A stretch of DNA of 64,000 nucleotides, taken from assembly GCA_963707025.1 (NCBI GenBank), contig CAVPOM010000005.1:352001-416000 (forward strand), written 5' to 3'. Position 1 is the stretch's first letter. Each line of letters opens with the position of its first letter. This document shows, piece after piece, positions 1-11,100 of this stretch. The stretch comes from an uncultured Verrucomicrobiae bacterium. Lineage in GTDB: Bacteria > Verrucomicrobiota > Verrucomicrobiia > Limisphaerales > Palsa-1400. A model generated the notes under the pieces. The model was not told the origin of the DNA, searched no databases, and was given only the letters and a program-made list of their open reading frames with translations. The translations under genes and the position numbers were made by a program.

Positions 1-500
1 GCCGGGGGCAATTGCGTCAGGCCGAAGGGGTCGTAACTCCACTGGGCGAGATCGGCGGGCGAGAGCGTGGTGGCCAGTCGTTCGCGCGTGGCAGTGAGGA
101 CGGCGCCCAGGTTGGTTTCCGCGAGGCGGTCCGCCAGTTGGGCAAAGACTTCTGGCGGCTGATTCAACCAAAGGTAACCGACCAGTTCTGCCATTTGTTC
201 CGGGTGTTCAAGCCACGGTGGCTGCCAGGTGGCGTCGGCCACAAGATTGGTTTCCTGGCGCAAATTCGCGGCGATGGATTGGGCCGCGGATTTTGCCGCC
301 TCAGCGTCGGCTCCGCGGACTGTCAAAATGAGTTCGCGCGAGTTGGCAAAATGTTGCTGGTAAATCTTCAGCCCTTGCACGGCAGGAAGGCGCTCAGGCA
401 GAAGGCTCAGCACGTCGGCGTCGAAGTGGAGACGGGCAAACCCGGCGGCCATCGGGAGGAGCAGGGCCAGCCACCACCAGTGGAACCAGCGCGGCTTCAT
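1..500 (-). CDS. MMPL/RND-family exporter, N-terminal part (runs off the window start)
   Basis: Not in the ORF track. Read manually from ATG at 500: MKPRWFHWWWLALLLPMAAGFARLHFDADVLSLLPERLPAVQGLKIYQQHF...WSYDPFGL. The TM helix followed by 'D-V-L-S-L-L-P' and 'DPFG' is typical of MMPL exporters. ATGA overlap with the upstream gene's stop at 497. Confidence 0.7.
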   Translation of the reverse strand, partial: MKPRWFHWWWLALLLPMAAGFARLHFDADVLSLLPERLPAVQGLKIYQQHFANSRELILTVRGADAEAAKSAAQSIAANLRQETNLVADATWQPPWLEHPEQMAELVGYLWLNQPPEVFAQLADRLAETNLGAVLTATRERLATTLSPADLAQWSYDPFGLTQLPP

Positions 501-1006
501 TGGAAGAACTGGCCCTCCAGGAATTCTCCGGTCACGGAATTCTCCAGCCGCCAGGAACGGTCCGTCCGGCTGGTGAACTTCCAGGGGTCGTCGGCCGGTG
601 TTCCGGCGAGGATGCGCACCAGTTGAAACCAGACAAAGCGCGCTGGCGGTGCGCCCCGCCCGCGCCATGAATGCTGCCCGGCCCCGAATTCAATCTGCCA
701 GCGACTGTCCGCCACTTGCGCCGCGGCCAGCAGAAAAGGGGTTTTGGAGAATTGAACCACATAATTCCTGTTCGTGTTGACGGCCAGCAACAAATCGCCG
801 GCCAGTTCCGGCCGGCTTTGGGACGGTTTCCAGACAGCCTGCCCCTGGCGCAAGAGCCAGCCGGGCGCAGAGAAATCAGCGGGCGGCGGAGAAGTGGCCG
901 TGCGGCAGGAGATGCAGAACAGAAAGCCAAGCGCCAACAGCGTGAATCCATCAATCGCAAGGTGCGGCGGCCGGGCGGACGGAGCAATGTGAGGTTTAGG
1001 TTTCAA
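497..1006 (-). CDS. Hypothetical protein, probable lipoprotein
   Basis: C-terminal half of ORF 497..1375. Hydrophobic stretch ends in a lipobox-like 'FCISC'. Start placed at TTG 1006, which overlaps the halogenase stop (start uncertain). Confidence 0.55.
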   Translation of the reverse strand: MKPKPHIAPSARPPHLAIDGFTLLALGFLFCISCRTATSPPPADFSAPGWLLRQGQAVWKPSQSRPELAGDLLLAVNTNRNYVVQFSKTPFLLAAAQVADSRWQIEFGAGQHSWRGRGAPPARFVWFQLVRILAGTPADDPWKFTSRTDRSWRLENSVTGEFLEGQFFQ

Positions 1007-2307
1007 GTCTTCACAGGTCCGCGGTATGGGTTCAGCTTTCGCGGGCGGCTGGCGCCGAAAAAAATGCGCGGCACGATCGGAAAGAAGCGTTGAATTCTGA
1101 CCAGCAGGAAGAAATACTCCAGACGCCAGCGCAACGGCCATCCACCCTCCAGTTCTCCGGCCAGCACGGCGTTGACCGCGGAGGGGAGGTCGTAATGGTT
1201 GCTCGGGCGCAGGAAAATCTCCATGAACGGGGTGGTGTAGTAGTTCTCCACTACGCGCCAGTAAAATCGCAGTCCCCGGCGCACGCGCTTTTCGTAGGCC
1301 GCAAACAGGGCCGCGCGGGGTTGCCCGTGTGCCAAAGATTTTTCGACAACGCCCGCCGCCAGCTTGCCCGACCACATGGCCAGAAAGACGCCCGCCGAAA
1401 AAATGGGGTCCATGAAACCGGCGGCGTCTCCCACCCGCAACACACGATGGCCGACCAAGCGGCGGTTGTGATAACTGAAATCACTGGTGGTTTGAATCGC
1501 GCCCAGCAAGCGGGCCTCTTTCATGCGCTTGCTGACCGGTGGAGTGGACTCGACCCAGCGATGAAAGATATCCTGGGGCGAGCCTCCGGAGGTGGCGAAC
1601 TCATCCTTGTCAAAAACAATGCCGACGCTGGTTTTGGTCCCGGACAGCGGAATGATCCAAAACCATTTGTTTTCCAGGCGGACAATGATGGTGTCGGTGG
1701 CCGGTTCCCCGGCATCGCGGGCCACGTTTTCAAAATGGCCGAAAACGGCGAGCTTCTTCCATTTGGGATGCACCTGGCGCAGATTCTCCTGGTTGCCGGT
1801 CAGGTTGCCGCGCCCGGAGGCGTCCACCAAAAATGATGCGCGAAACTGGTGCGTTGTTCCGGCGGGATCGCGCGCCTCCACGCTGACTTGCTGCGCATCG
1901 GAATCAAAGCGGCTGACCGCCCAACCCTCCCGAACATCGGCCCCCGAGGCGCGGGCGTGTTTGAGCAGCACATGATCCAGGAGGGCGCGTTCGACCTGGA
2001 TGGCGTCCGGCGCCCGGTTGAACCTGCCCTCGCGGAAAACGAACCGGGTGCAGATCGAACCGTTGCCCAGCTCAAATTGCGCGGCGTATTTCATGGGAAA
2101 TCCCGCCTCCCGCAAGGCAGGCAGAACGCCCATCTCCTCGAAAATAATCATGTTGCACGGCAGCAACGATTCGCCGATGTGGAAGCGCGGAAAGACCTCC
2201 TTTTCCAGCACCAGCACCCGTTTGCCGGCCCGCGCCAGAAAGGTGGCGGCGCTGCTGCCGCCGGGACCGCATCCAATCACCAACGCATCGTAGGTCGTTC
2301 CAGTCAT
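1003..2307 (-). CDS. FAD-dependent oxidoreductase, flavin-dependent halogenase-like
   Basis: GCGPGG Rossmann motif, FPRFHIGESLLP, WFWIIP (WxWxIP), GDAAGFMDPIFSAG. Start set at MTGTTYD. Confidence 0.85.
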   Translation of the reverse strand: MTGTTYDALVIGCGPGGSSAATFLARAGKRVLVLEKEVFPRFHIGESLLPCNMIIFEEMGVLPALREAGFPMKYAAQFELGNGSICTRFVFREGRFNRAPDAIQVERALLDHVLLKHARASGADVREGWAVSRFDSDAQQVSVEARDPAGTTHQFRASFLVDASGRGNLTGNQENLRQVHPKWKKLAVFGHFENVARDAGEPATDTIIVRLENKWFWIIPLSGTKTSVGIVFDKDEFATSGGSPQDIFHRWVESTPPVSKRMKEARLLGAIQTTSDFSYHNRRLVGHRVLRVGDAAGFMDPIFSAGVFLAMWSGKLAAGVVEKSLAHGQPRAALFAAYEKRVRRGLRFYWRVVENYYTTPFMEIFLRPSNHYDLPSAVNAVLAGELEGGWPLRWRLEYFFLLVRIQRFFPIVPRIFFGASRPRKLNPYRGPVKT

Positions 2308-2705
2308 GCAAATCAATTGTCTTGGAAGCCCGCAATCATGGCAAGCACAGGAGGCCGCCGTCAAACATTACCAAGTGACGGTCAAGGGCCGCGAAGAGGC
2401 TGGTCCGGCTGCTGGATTTGCTGGCAACGCCCGCTCCCGGCGACGGTCGTGAGCGTCAGGTAGTTATGGATTCTGCCGGGCTCATCGGTTAATGTCGTGG
2501 CGCATGAACGGCGAGGCCATGAAGATCATAAGCGGAAGGCGCTTTTCCGCGTCGTAAATCTACCTGCGCGTTAAACCCATGCAGCGGAGGAAGCACGCGG
2601 ACCGGTGTCGTCCGGGAGTTGAAAACGAAGGGCTGGGTTCGACCGGCTGACCGGCAAACTGACAGACTGAAAACAGATATTGTCCAGATCCAAGAAAGCC
2701 AACTT

Positions 2706-5144
2706 ATGAAGCAAAAGAAATGGGTGTTTTGCCTGGCGGCTGCCTCGGTGGCGCTGGGAGTGATGCTGGCCGCCGCACCCCCGGCCAGCGCCGGCGAAAC
2801 GCCGCGCGAGAAACTGTTGATGGACTTTGGCTGGAAGTTCCATCTCGGGAACGAATGGGGCACCGGCGAGGAATTGATCAATTTGGGCATCAGCACCGGT
2901 CCGGCCAAGCCCAGTTTCAACGACGCCTCCTGGACCGCCATAAACCTGCCGCACGACTGGGCAGTCGCCCTGCCATTTGACCGGAGCGCACTTGGCAATC
3001 ACGGCTACAAAGCCGTCGGGGCTGGTTTTGCCCAAAACAGCGTCGGGTGGTATCGCCGCGCGTTCACTCTGCCGCGCGAGGACGCGGGCCGGCGTCTCTG
3101 GATCGAGTTTGGCGGTGTTTTTCGCAACAGCCTGGTGTACGTGAACGGCTGCCTGATCGGGCGTCAACCCCGAGGATACAGTTCCTTCCGTTACGACATT
3201 ACCGATGTTGCCAACTACGGGGGGAAGAACGTGGTTGCGGTGCGCGTGGATGCGTCGCAGGTCGAAGGCTGGTTTTATGAAGGGGCGGGCATTTACCGCC
3301 ACGTCTGGATGGTGAAGACCGGCCCGCTGGCCGTGGCCCCGGATGGCACTTTTGTTTACAGCCGGTTCAAAAACAATGTGCCGCAGGGCAAGGCTGAGAT
3401 AGACATCGAAACGCGGCTGGCCAATTGGCAAACCAATTCCGCCAGCGCTGAAGTGCGTTGCGAGATACTGGATGCCGGCGGCAAGACGGCAGCCACCACC
3501 CACGCCGCCGCCACCGTGGAGCCTTCCGCCACCACGGATGTCAAACAAAAGACCTTCGTTTCCTCGCCAGTCCTCTGGTCGCCTGAAGCGCCGCGGCTTT
3601 ACAAGCTGGTGACCACCGTCCTGTCCGCCGGCAAGATCGTGGACCGGACGGAGACTGAGTTCGGCATTCGCACGCTCGTCTTTGATCCCGTTAAGGGGTT
3701 TTCCCTCAATGGCAAACCATACGTCATCAAAGGCACTTGCAACCACCAGGATCACGCGGGCGTGGGGATTGCTTTGCCCGATGCACTGCAGTATTTTCGC
3801 GTCGCCAAATTGAAGGAGATGGGTGACAACGCCATCCGCACCTCGCACAATGAGCCAACGGAGGAATTGCTGGAAGCGTGCGACCACCTCGGCCTGTTGG
3901 TGATGGATGAGAGCCGGGTCTTTGCCAGCGACGCGGCCAATCTCGTGTTGTTGGAGAACCAGGTTCGCCGCGACCGCAGTCATGCCAGCGTCTTCCTCTG
4001 GTCCCTCGGCAATGAGGAACCAGTCCAAAGCACGCCCCTGTCGGCGCATGTTGCCCAAACCATGCAGAATTTGGTCCATCGGCTTGACCCGACTCGTGGT
4101 GTGACCTATGCCGCGAGCGTCGGCAACGAGTTCCGCGGCGCAAACAGCGTCACCGACGTGCGCGGCTGGAATTATCATACCGGCCGCGCCATGGAACAGT
4201 ATCACCAGGCCCATCCGCAGCAGCCCAACGTCGGGACGGAAACCGCCAGCACCCAAACCACGCGCGGGATTTACACGAGGGACCGTGCGCGAGGCTACCA
4301 AACCGCCTACGACGCCGCCGGCACGGAGACCGCCGAACACTGGTGGCCGTACTACGCCGACCGCCCCTGGCTTTCCGGCGGCTTCGCCTGGACCGGCTTT
4401 GATTATCGCGGGGAGAACAGTTGGCCCTGCATCAACGCGCACTACGGCATAATGGACACCTGCGGTTTCCCCAAGGACAATTATTATTATTATCAGTCCT
4501 GGTGGAGTGACAAAACGGTGCTCCATCTTTTGCCGCACTGGAACTGGCCCGGCAAGGAAGGGCAGGACATTGATGTGCGGTGCCTCAGCAATTGCGAGGA
4601 AGTGGAACTGTTTCTCAACGGTGCCAGCCTGGGCAGGAAAACCATGCCGAAGAATTCGCATCTCCAATGGATGGTGCCCTACGCTCCCGGCACGGTTTCG
4701 GCCAAAGGCTACAAGTCCGGCCAGGTCGTGGCCGAAGAAAAAGTCGAAACCACGGGCGCGCCTGCCTCCATCAAGCTCACGCCCGACCGCCCGGCCATCC
4801 ATGGCGACGGCGAAGATCTCAGCATCATCACTGTCGCCGTGACTGACGCGCAAGGGCGTGCCGTTCCCGTGGCGGGAAACCTGGTCAATTTTGAAATCAA
4901 CGGCGGGGGAAAAATCATCGGCGTGGGAAACGGCGACCCGAGTTGCCACGAGCCGGATGTTTACCTTGAGGAGGCCTCCTCCGGCTGGAAACGCAGCCTG
5001 TTCAACGGGCTGGCCCAAGTGATTGTCCAGGCGGGGACCAACGCGTCCGAAATCCGGTTGACCGCCCGTTCCGAGGGCCTGGCCGAAGACACCGTCGTCA
5101 TCCCAACCAGGGAAAGCCCTCTTCGCGCCACTGCGCCACAATAG
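2706..5144 (+). CDS. Glycoside hydrolase family 2 (beta-galactosidase-like), signal peptide
   Basis: LPHDW, WFYEGAGIYRHV, NHQDHAGVG, IRTSHN, WSLGNEE, WTGFDYRGE, plus C-terminal Ig-like domains. Confidence 0.9.
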   Translation: MKQKKWVFCLAAASVALGVMLAAAPPASAGETPREKLLMDFGWKFHLGNEWGTGEELINLGISTGPAKPSFNDASWTAINLPHDWAVALPFDRSALGNHGYKAVGAGFAQNSVGWYRRAFTLPREDAGRRLWIEFGGVFRNSLVYVNGCLIGRQPRGYSSFRYDITDVANYGGKNVVAVRVDASQVEGWFYEGAGIYRHVWMVKTGPLAVAPDGTFVYSRFKNNVPQGKAEIDIETRLANWQTNSASAEVRCEILDAGGKTAATTHAAATVEPSATTDVKQKTFVSSPVLWSPEAPRLYKLVTTVLSAGKIVDRTETEFGIRTLVFDPVKGFSLNGKPYVIKGTCNHQDHAGVGIALPDALQYFRVAKLKEMGDNAIRTSHNEPTEELLEACDHLGLLVMDESRVFASDAANLVLLENQVRRDRSHASVFLWSLGNEEPVQSTPLSAHVAQTMQNLVHRLDPTRGVTYAASVGNEFRGANSVTDVRGWNYHTGRAMEQYHQAHPQQPNVGTETASTQTTRGIYTRDRARGYQTAYDAAGTETAEHWWPYYADRPWLSGGFAWTGFDYRGENSWPCINAHYGIMDTCGFPKDNYYYYQSWWSDKTVLHLLPHWNWPGKEGQDIDVRCLSNCEEVELFLNGASLGRKTMPKNSHLQWMVPYAPGTVSAKGYKSGQVVAEEKVETTGAPASIKLTPDRPAIHGDGEDLSIITVAVTDAQGRAVPVAGNLVNFEINGGGKIIGVGNGDPSCHEPDVYLEEASSGWKRSLFNGLAQVIVQAGTNASEIRLTARSEGLAEDTVVIPTRESPLRATAPQ

Positions 5145-5167
5145 TCTTTCTAAACAAAAGTGCCATT

Positions 5168-6922
5168 ATGAAATTGCATCAAACCGCCCCGTCGCCCAAC
5201 TCCCTCCGAGTCGCGGCCACTCCGCTCCTCGCAAGAAAAATGAAAAATATCCATGTTCTGCGACTGGTTCCACCCGTTCGTAGTGTCTGGATTGTCAGTT
5301 TAATGATACTACAGGCGATTGGTGCCGGGGCCTCCCCAGGAATCCAGACCAACCAATTCCATAACCTTCAATCTGAACCGGATGCTGTCTCGGTGGTCAC
5401 GGAGACGGGTGCGGATGAACTTAAAGCGGAGGTGAAAGGTCTTTGGACCAATGGCAGTGTCAAAATCAGGTTCGACCCGAATGACAATGGCTTGACCATT
5501 GAACTGGCCGCGCCCAAGGAGGCTTTGAAGTGGTTGCAAATCCGGTGGAACGCGCCGCTCCCGTCAGATTGGAAATATTTGGGTGACGCGTGGGAACGCG
5601 CTTATGGCGATCTGCAATGGAAGGCTTTGGGTTCCAATCGGGTCATGCCTTGGTATTTTCTGGCCAGCGACGGCACTAATACACACGGCTATGGGGTCAA
5701 AACCGGCCCGTCGGCCCTCTGTTATTGGACGGCGGACGAGAACGGCATCACCCTTCACGCCGATGTCCGCTGCGGGGGAATGGGGGTTCAACTGGGGGAA
5801 CGCAAGCTGGATGTTTGCACGGTGGTCAGCCGCTGCGGCCAGTCCAATGAAACGCCCTTTGCCGCCGCCCAGGCGTTTTGCAAATTGATGTGTCCCAATC
5901 CGCGCCTGCCCCGGCAGCCGGTTTACGGTTTCAACGACTGGTATTGCACATACGGACACGACACCGCGGATAAGTTTCTGGACAATGTGTCCTGGCTGGT
6001 TTCACTCGCCCCCAAAAATGGCAACCGGCCCTTCGCCGTGGTGGATGATGGCTGGCAGTGGGCGGGTGAACACGGACAAAGCCCTGGCCTGTGGAACCAG
6101 ACCAAGCCTCAGTTTAGCCAAACCTTGACCATGGCGGAGTTCGCCAAAAAGGTCGCCGCTTTGGGCGCGCGTCCGGGATTGTGGTATCGCCCTTTGCTGG
6201 CCAACGCGGACCAGCCGCAGAGTTGGCGCTTGCAACGGGACTCTAAAATCCTGGATCCCACCGTTCCAGAAGTGCGGGCTTTCCTGCGCGAAACCATGGC
6301 CCGTTTTCGCGGCTGGGGCTATGAACTCATCAAGCATGATTACTCCACGGTGGACCTTTGCGGCAAATGGGGAAACAGAATGGGCGCGGCCGTTACTGCG
6401 GACGGCTGGGCTTTTGCCGATCGTTCCAAGACCACCGCCGAAGCCATTCGTGATTTCTATTCCGATCTTCGCGCCGCGGCCGGCGATCAAACTCTCATCC
6501 TGGGTTGCAATACGATGGGGCATCTGGCGGCGGGTCTTTTCGAGATGCAGCGCATCGGCGACGACACCAGCGGGCGGGATTGGACCAGGACGCGCGGAAT
6601 GGGCGTCAACTGCCTGGCTTTCCGCGCGCCGCAGCATGGAACCTTTTTTGCCGTGGACGCCGATTGCGCCGGCCAAGTTTCGAGCAATTCGGTGCCGTGG
6701 GAGAAGAATTCGCAATGGCTTGATTTGCTGGCGCGCAGTGGCACGCCGCTTTTTACATCCTTTCCGCATGAAACTGTGAATTCAGAGCAGGAAACCGCCG
6801 TGCGCGCGGCGTTGCTGGCTGCCTCCCGTCAACAGCCCTTGGCCGAACCTTTGGATTGGCAGGCGCAGCGCGCCCCAGCGCAGTGGCGCTTGGATAACAA
6901 GGAAGTGACTTTTTCATGGTAA
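5168..6922 (+). CDS. Clan GH-D (GH36/GH27-like) alpha-galactosidase-like protein
   Basis: YGFNDWY, VVDDGWQ, LIKHDY (nucleophile motif), QRIGDD. Start may be at 5240. Confidence 0.7.
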   Translation: MKLHQTAPSPNSLRVAATPLLARKMKNIHVLRLVPPVRSVWIVSLMILQAIGAGASPGIQTNQFHNLQSEPDAVSVVTETGADELKAEVKGLWTNGSVKIRFDPNDNGLTIELAAPKEALKWLQIRWNAPLPSDWKYLGDAWERAYGDLQWKALGSNRVMPWYFLASDGTNTHGYGVKTGPSALCYWTADENGITLHADVRCGGMGVQLGERKLDVCTVVSRCGQSNETPFAAAQAFCKLMCPNPRLPRQPVYGFNDWYCTYGHDTADKFLDNVSWLVSLAPKNGNRPFAVVDDGWQWAGEHGQSPGLWNQTKPQFSQTLTMAEFAKKVAALGARPGLWYRPLLANADQPQSWRLQRDSKILDPTVPEVRAFLRETMARFRGWGYELIKHDYSTVDLCGKWGNRMGAAVTADGWAFADRSKTTAEAIRDFYSDLRAAAGDQTLILGCNTMGHLAAGLFEMQRIGDDTSGRDWTRTRGMGVNCLAFRAPQHGTFFAVDADCAGQVSSNSVPWEKNSQWLDLLARSGTPLFTSFPHETVNSEQETAVRAALLAASRQQPLAEPLDWQAQRAPAQWRLDNKEVTFSW

Positions 6923-7092
6923 AATGAGCGAGGCTGAATCTTCCGGCGGCGGCGCAAGGGCGATGCTGGCATGGCGGCGCGATCAACCGGTGATAAAATA
7001 GCATCCGGATGCGCGAAAATGGCATCCTGATCGCCGTTTCCCGCAAACTCCCAAGGCAGGGCAGGAGGAATGCAGGCCAAGACGATTGCAGA

Positions 7093-7950
7093 TCAATAGG
7101 ACGGGTCCAGTTGGTTGGCGAAGTTGGGGGCTAACGCCGGCCAGGTCACCTCGAGATGGTATTGGTTGTCGTTGTTCCAACGGGGCCGCCAAATGCTGAG
7201 CGGAGATGGGTTGACGACATCATTGCGCGTTGCCTTTTCCACATGGCCATCGCAAAACGCGATGTCGGTTTTGTGATTGTGGCGGTTGGAGGGCAATTGA
7301 CCGCTATACCCGGTGGCGGAAGTGTCCTGAGTATCGGTGGGATCCAGATTTGCCTCCCACGAACCGTTGTCTTGAGTGACCGGGAGGGCGCGGGTTTCTC
7401 CGAGCGCGATCATTTGGCTTGGCGCGGCCACGTCCGAGTCTTTTACCTGGCCCTTGTAGAAGCCCCCCGTCACATCGCCACCGAGTCCGAGTTGAGGACT
7501 ATTGTTGAGATTCACTCCCCAATCGTTGTAACCCATTGAAAAGCGGCTGTTTGGAGTGACGATCAAAGAGTTGTAGTTGCCATTCAGGTCCGCTCCGCCC
7601 AGGGTCGGGTTTAAATTTGTATCCCAAGCGGCGTCCGACGGGGCTGCCGGGCAGCAGAAGGCGTGCCGGTTGTTGCCTGCGTTAATCAGCACGCGCACCA
7701 TCCAGACGTAACTGCCATTGACTGCGTCGTAGTCTCCGGGATAGCACTTGGCGTCCACGACATACATGGAAATGGCGAGGCCAACCTGCCTGAGGTTGTT
7801 GATGCACACGGTTTGCTTGGCGGCCGCCTTGGCGCGAGCCAGAGCGGGGAGCAGCAGCGCGGCAAGAATGGCGATGATGGCGATGACCACCAGCAACTCG
7901 ATCAAAGTGAAGGCCGCCCTCCCGGCGCGGATACAGACTCTCGTTTTCAT
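7093..7950 (-). CDS. Prepilin-type N-terminal cleavage/methylation protein with H-X9-DG motif (DUF1559-like)
   Basis: [29 protein letters not shown]...CINNLRQVG at the N-terminus and [15 protein letters not shown] near the C-terminus. Confidence 0.92.
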   Translation of the reverse strand: MKTRVCIRAGRAAFTLIELLVVIAIIAILAALLLPALARAKAAAKQTVCINNLRQVGLAISMYVVDAKCYPGDYDAVNGSYVWMVRVLINAGNNRHAFCCPAAPSDAAWDTNLNPTLGGADLNGNYNSLIVTPNSRFSMGYNDWGVNLNNSPQLGLGGDVTGGFYKGQVKDSDVAAPSQMIALGETRALPVTQDNGSWEANLDPTDTQDTSATGYSGQLPSNRHNHKTDIAFCDGHVEKATRNDVVNPSPLSIWRPRWNNDNQYHLEVTWPALAPNFANQLDPSY

Positions 7951-7977
7951 AAAGCGTCAGCGTTAGTATGCAGAAAT

Positions 7978-8006
7978 AATGTAATCGAACCAAGCCTCTT
8001 TGTCAA
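7978..8006 (-). promoter_or_regulatory. Sigma70-like promoter for the pilin-like gene
   Basis: Minus strand reads TTGACA-17 nt-TACATT. Confidence 0.55.
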
Positions 8007-8044
8007 AAATGAGTGCCGCTGCACCTGCTTCATCGTGTCAGGAA

Positions 8045-8068
8045 CGGCCGGAGCCGAAGCTCCGGCCG
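8045..8068 (-). terminator. Stem-loop downstream of the LamG mega-protein gene
   Basis: Perfect 10-bp stem CGGCCGGAGC/GCTCCGGCCG with a UUCG loop on the minus strand. The U-tract is weak. Confidence 0.5.
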
Positions 8069-8116
8069 CCCGGTTTAACACATAATGCAAGGTCAATACG
8101 CATCAGGCACAGTTGC

Positions 8117-11100
8117 TTATGGGAGCTGCACTCTGAAGAATTGGTTGCCGCTAGTCGCCGCGTTCGTGAAGGGCGAGACCGCGGTGAGGTTCGTGGTCCA
8201 CGGACCGAGCACGGTGGGGGCTTGCAGGAGCATGCCCGAGGGCCAAGTGAGCACGACGCTTGTGCCGGAGGGTGTGATGCTCATAATCGGCTGGCCTGAG
8301 TAGAGAGCACTGACCTCAGCGGCGGAGAGGGCCCGGGGAATGATGGCGGCATGAGCGATGTTGGCAGCCAACAATCGCGCCGTTCCATAGTCGGGCGCAC
8401 CGCCAATCCAAACATCAAGGTTGTTCCCGGTGGGAGCGATGAGAATGGAGTTGCTGGCCATAAGCGCTCCATCTACATAAAACAAACCATCGAAGCCAAG
8501 AGAGCCCCGTTGTAGGTATAGGCCACGAAATGCCAGTTGCCATCCACAATGGAGGTTGCACTGGTGGCGTCGGCGGCACCACCGTTGCCGTCGTTAGCGC
8601 CCGGGAAGCCGGAGCCGTTGACGCTTATGCGCCAGGAGGTGTCTCCGTGCCCGATTAGTCCCGCAAAATTGGGGTACCCTCCTACATAGACCCAAGCCAT
8701 CGTGGTGATGCCACCGGTGATGTTGAACGGGCCTTCGGGAATATCCACGTAAGCGGTGGTTCCGTCAAATGCGGCGGCATAACTGGGGGAGCCGAAGTAT
8801 GCATTGGGCGGGCCTGCCCCTCCAAGGACCGCACTGCCAACGTAGGTTCCGTTATAGCCTCCGGCCATGTCGTAAGCCACGGTGCCGATGGGTTCGTTCA
8901 AAGGCCAGTAGCCCAGTGGTTTGAGCGCCATCAGGTTCGCCTGATACGGGGTGGGGGAAAAGACGGTAAGGACCGCCGGCGCAGTGAAGAGACCGCCATA
9001 GGTATTGCTGACCGCGCAAGTGTAGCTGCCAGCATTGGCGGACTGCACGTTGGGTATCGTCAATGCGGCCGTGGTGGCTCCGCTGATGGGCTGCGTGCCG
9101 TTGTTGAAATACCAGTGATAGGTATAGGGCGGCAAGCCAACGTTGACCAGACTCAAGTTGAGCGTTCCGCCGGCCAGAAGGTTGACAACGGCCTCAGGTT
9201 GTTGCGTAATTAGCGGCTCGCTCAGCGGGACGGTGATGAGGGCGCTGGTTCCGGTGATGCCGTTGACCGTGGCGCTGATGGTGGCGCTGCCGCCGCCGAC
9301 GGCGGTGATCAAACCGCTGCTACTCACCGTGAGGGCGGACGGGTTGCTGCTGATCCAGTTGGTGGCGGAGCCGGTGACGGTCACACCCGATGCGTCGGCA
9401 AAATTTGCAACCACGGTGGCCTGCTGGGTTGACTCGCCAGGCATGGTGGTATTGGCCGTGACGGTAACCAAGGCCGGCGTGAGGTTGTTCACCAGGACAC
9501 CCGGACCGGCGGCGGCGCTGACCGCTATGAACAAGGGTGTGACGGCGCCGTGCCAGATCCGCAACTCGTAGATGGTGCCGTTAAACTGGTCGTCACCGCC
9601 GTAAGGGTCTGCTCCGAAAGTATCGTCGGACGTGTTACCAAAGTTGCCGGGAGAATGAGTGGCATTGGCAAAAGTCACCGTGCCGGGATTTCCAGGACCG
9701 GCATCCAAGGCTCCGTTGAGATAGAGATTGGCTGTCAAGGCGACGTTATCATAGGTTACAGCAAGGTATTCCTCGACGCCTGACGGCAAGCCGGGGGAAT
9801 TGATGTCAATCTCGCCGCCGTTTGGCGTGAAGGCCACTCTCATGTTACCGGAACTGCTGGAGGGGATCAGCCCGAAGTTGACCGAGCCGCCGCTGACGCC
9901 GAAGGACCATATCTCGGCCCACTCGCGCACCGCATTCTGCGTCACCCAGCATTCGACCGTGACGGAGTTGTCGCCCTGGACAATCCCATTGGGCAGAGAC
10001 ACATAACCTGAAGGAGCGCCGGAAGTCCCGGTCCCCGGCAGGGCAAGGCCGTTGTTGATGGTGGCGGGGTTGCTGCCTGCAACCAGGGTGCCATTGGCGG
10101 TGCCGAGAGCATCGGACGCATCGCTGACGAAGCTGTAGCGATGCTGAAGCACCGCCTGAAAAACCGTCAACGACACCACAACGCTGTTGCTGGTGCCGAG
10201 CGGGTTGCTGACATGGACGTAATAACTGCCGGCATTGGTAAGGACAACCGGGTTAAAAACAAGCGAGGCGTTGGTGGCGCCGGGGATGGCGTTGGTGACA
10301 TCATTGTTGACATACAGCCATTGATAGGCCAACTGTCCGCCGAGAGCGCTGACGGCAAAGGTCGCTGAGTCGCCCACAACCGCGGTGGCATCGGACGGCT
10401 GCTGCGTAATCCCCGGCGGGGTCGAGGCGACGGAAATCAACAGGCTCGTGGCGGTGAGGCCCGCGACCTTGGCAGTGACCGTGGCGCTGCCGTCATGTTG
10501 CCCGGTGATCAAGCCGCTGGCACTCACCGTGAGGACATTCGTGTCGCTGCTGGTCCAGTTGGTGACGGCGCCGGTGATGGTGACGCCGGAGGCTTGGGTG
10601 AAATTGGCCACCACGGTCGCTTGTTCGGTTTGCGCTCCCAATATGTTGGTGCTGGGAACATTGACAGTCACGTTGTGCGGGGTCAGGTCTGTCGCCACGA
10701 CGGCCGGACCGGTGGCGGCGCTGAGCGCCTCGTACAAGGGTGAAAGGGCGCCATTCCATATCCGCAACTCGTAAACGGTGCCGTCAAACTGCGCATCACC
10801 ATAGATGTCGGCTCCTATGTAATTGTTGACGGTGCCGCCCGCGCCGCCGTAGCTGCCAGGAGAATAATTAGGATAAATATTACTGGGATACGTAAAAGTG
10901 CCAATAAGGACACCATTGGTATAAAGACTGCCCAGCAGGCTGGCATTGTTGTAAGTTACGGCGACGTATTGTTCCGTACCTGACGGGAAGGTAATACCTG
11001 AAAAAATATAATCATTGCCCAAGCCGACACCAAAGTTGCCCACATCCGTGTGACCGCTGTTGTTGCCCGGATCCGGGATGAGGGCGAAGTTGTAGTGTTG

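Noticed and set aside
12..626. 204-aa plus-strand ORF
   Set aside because: It is the antisense shadow of the MMPL gene on the minus strand.
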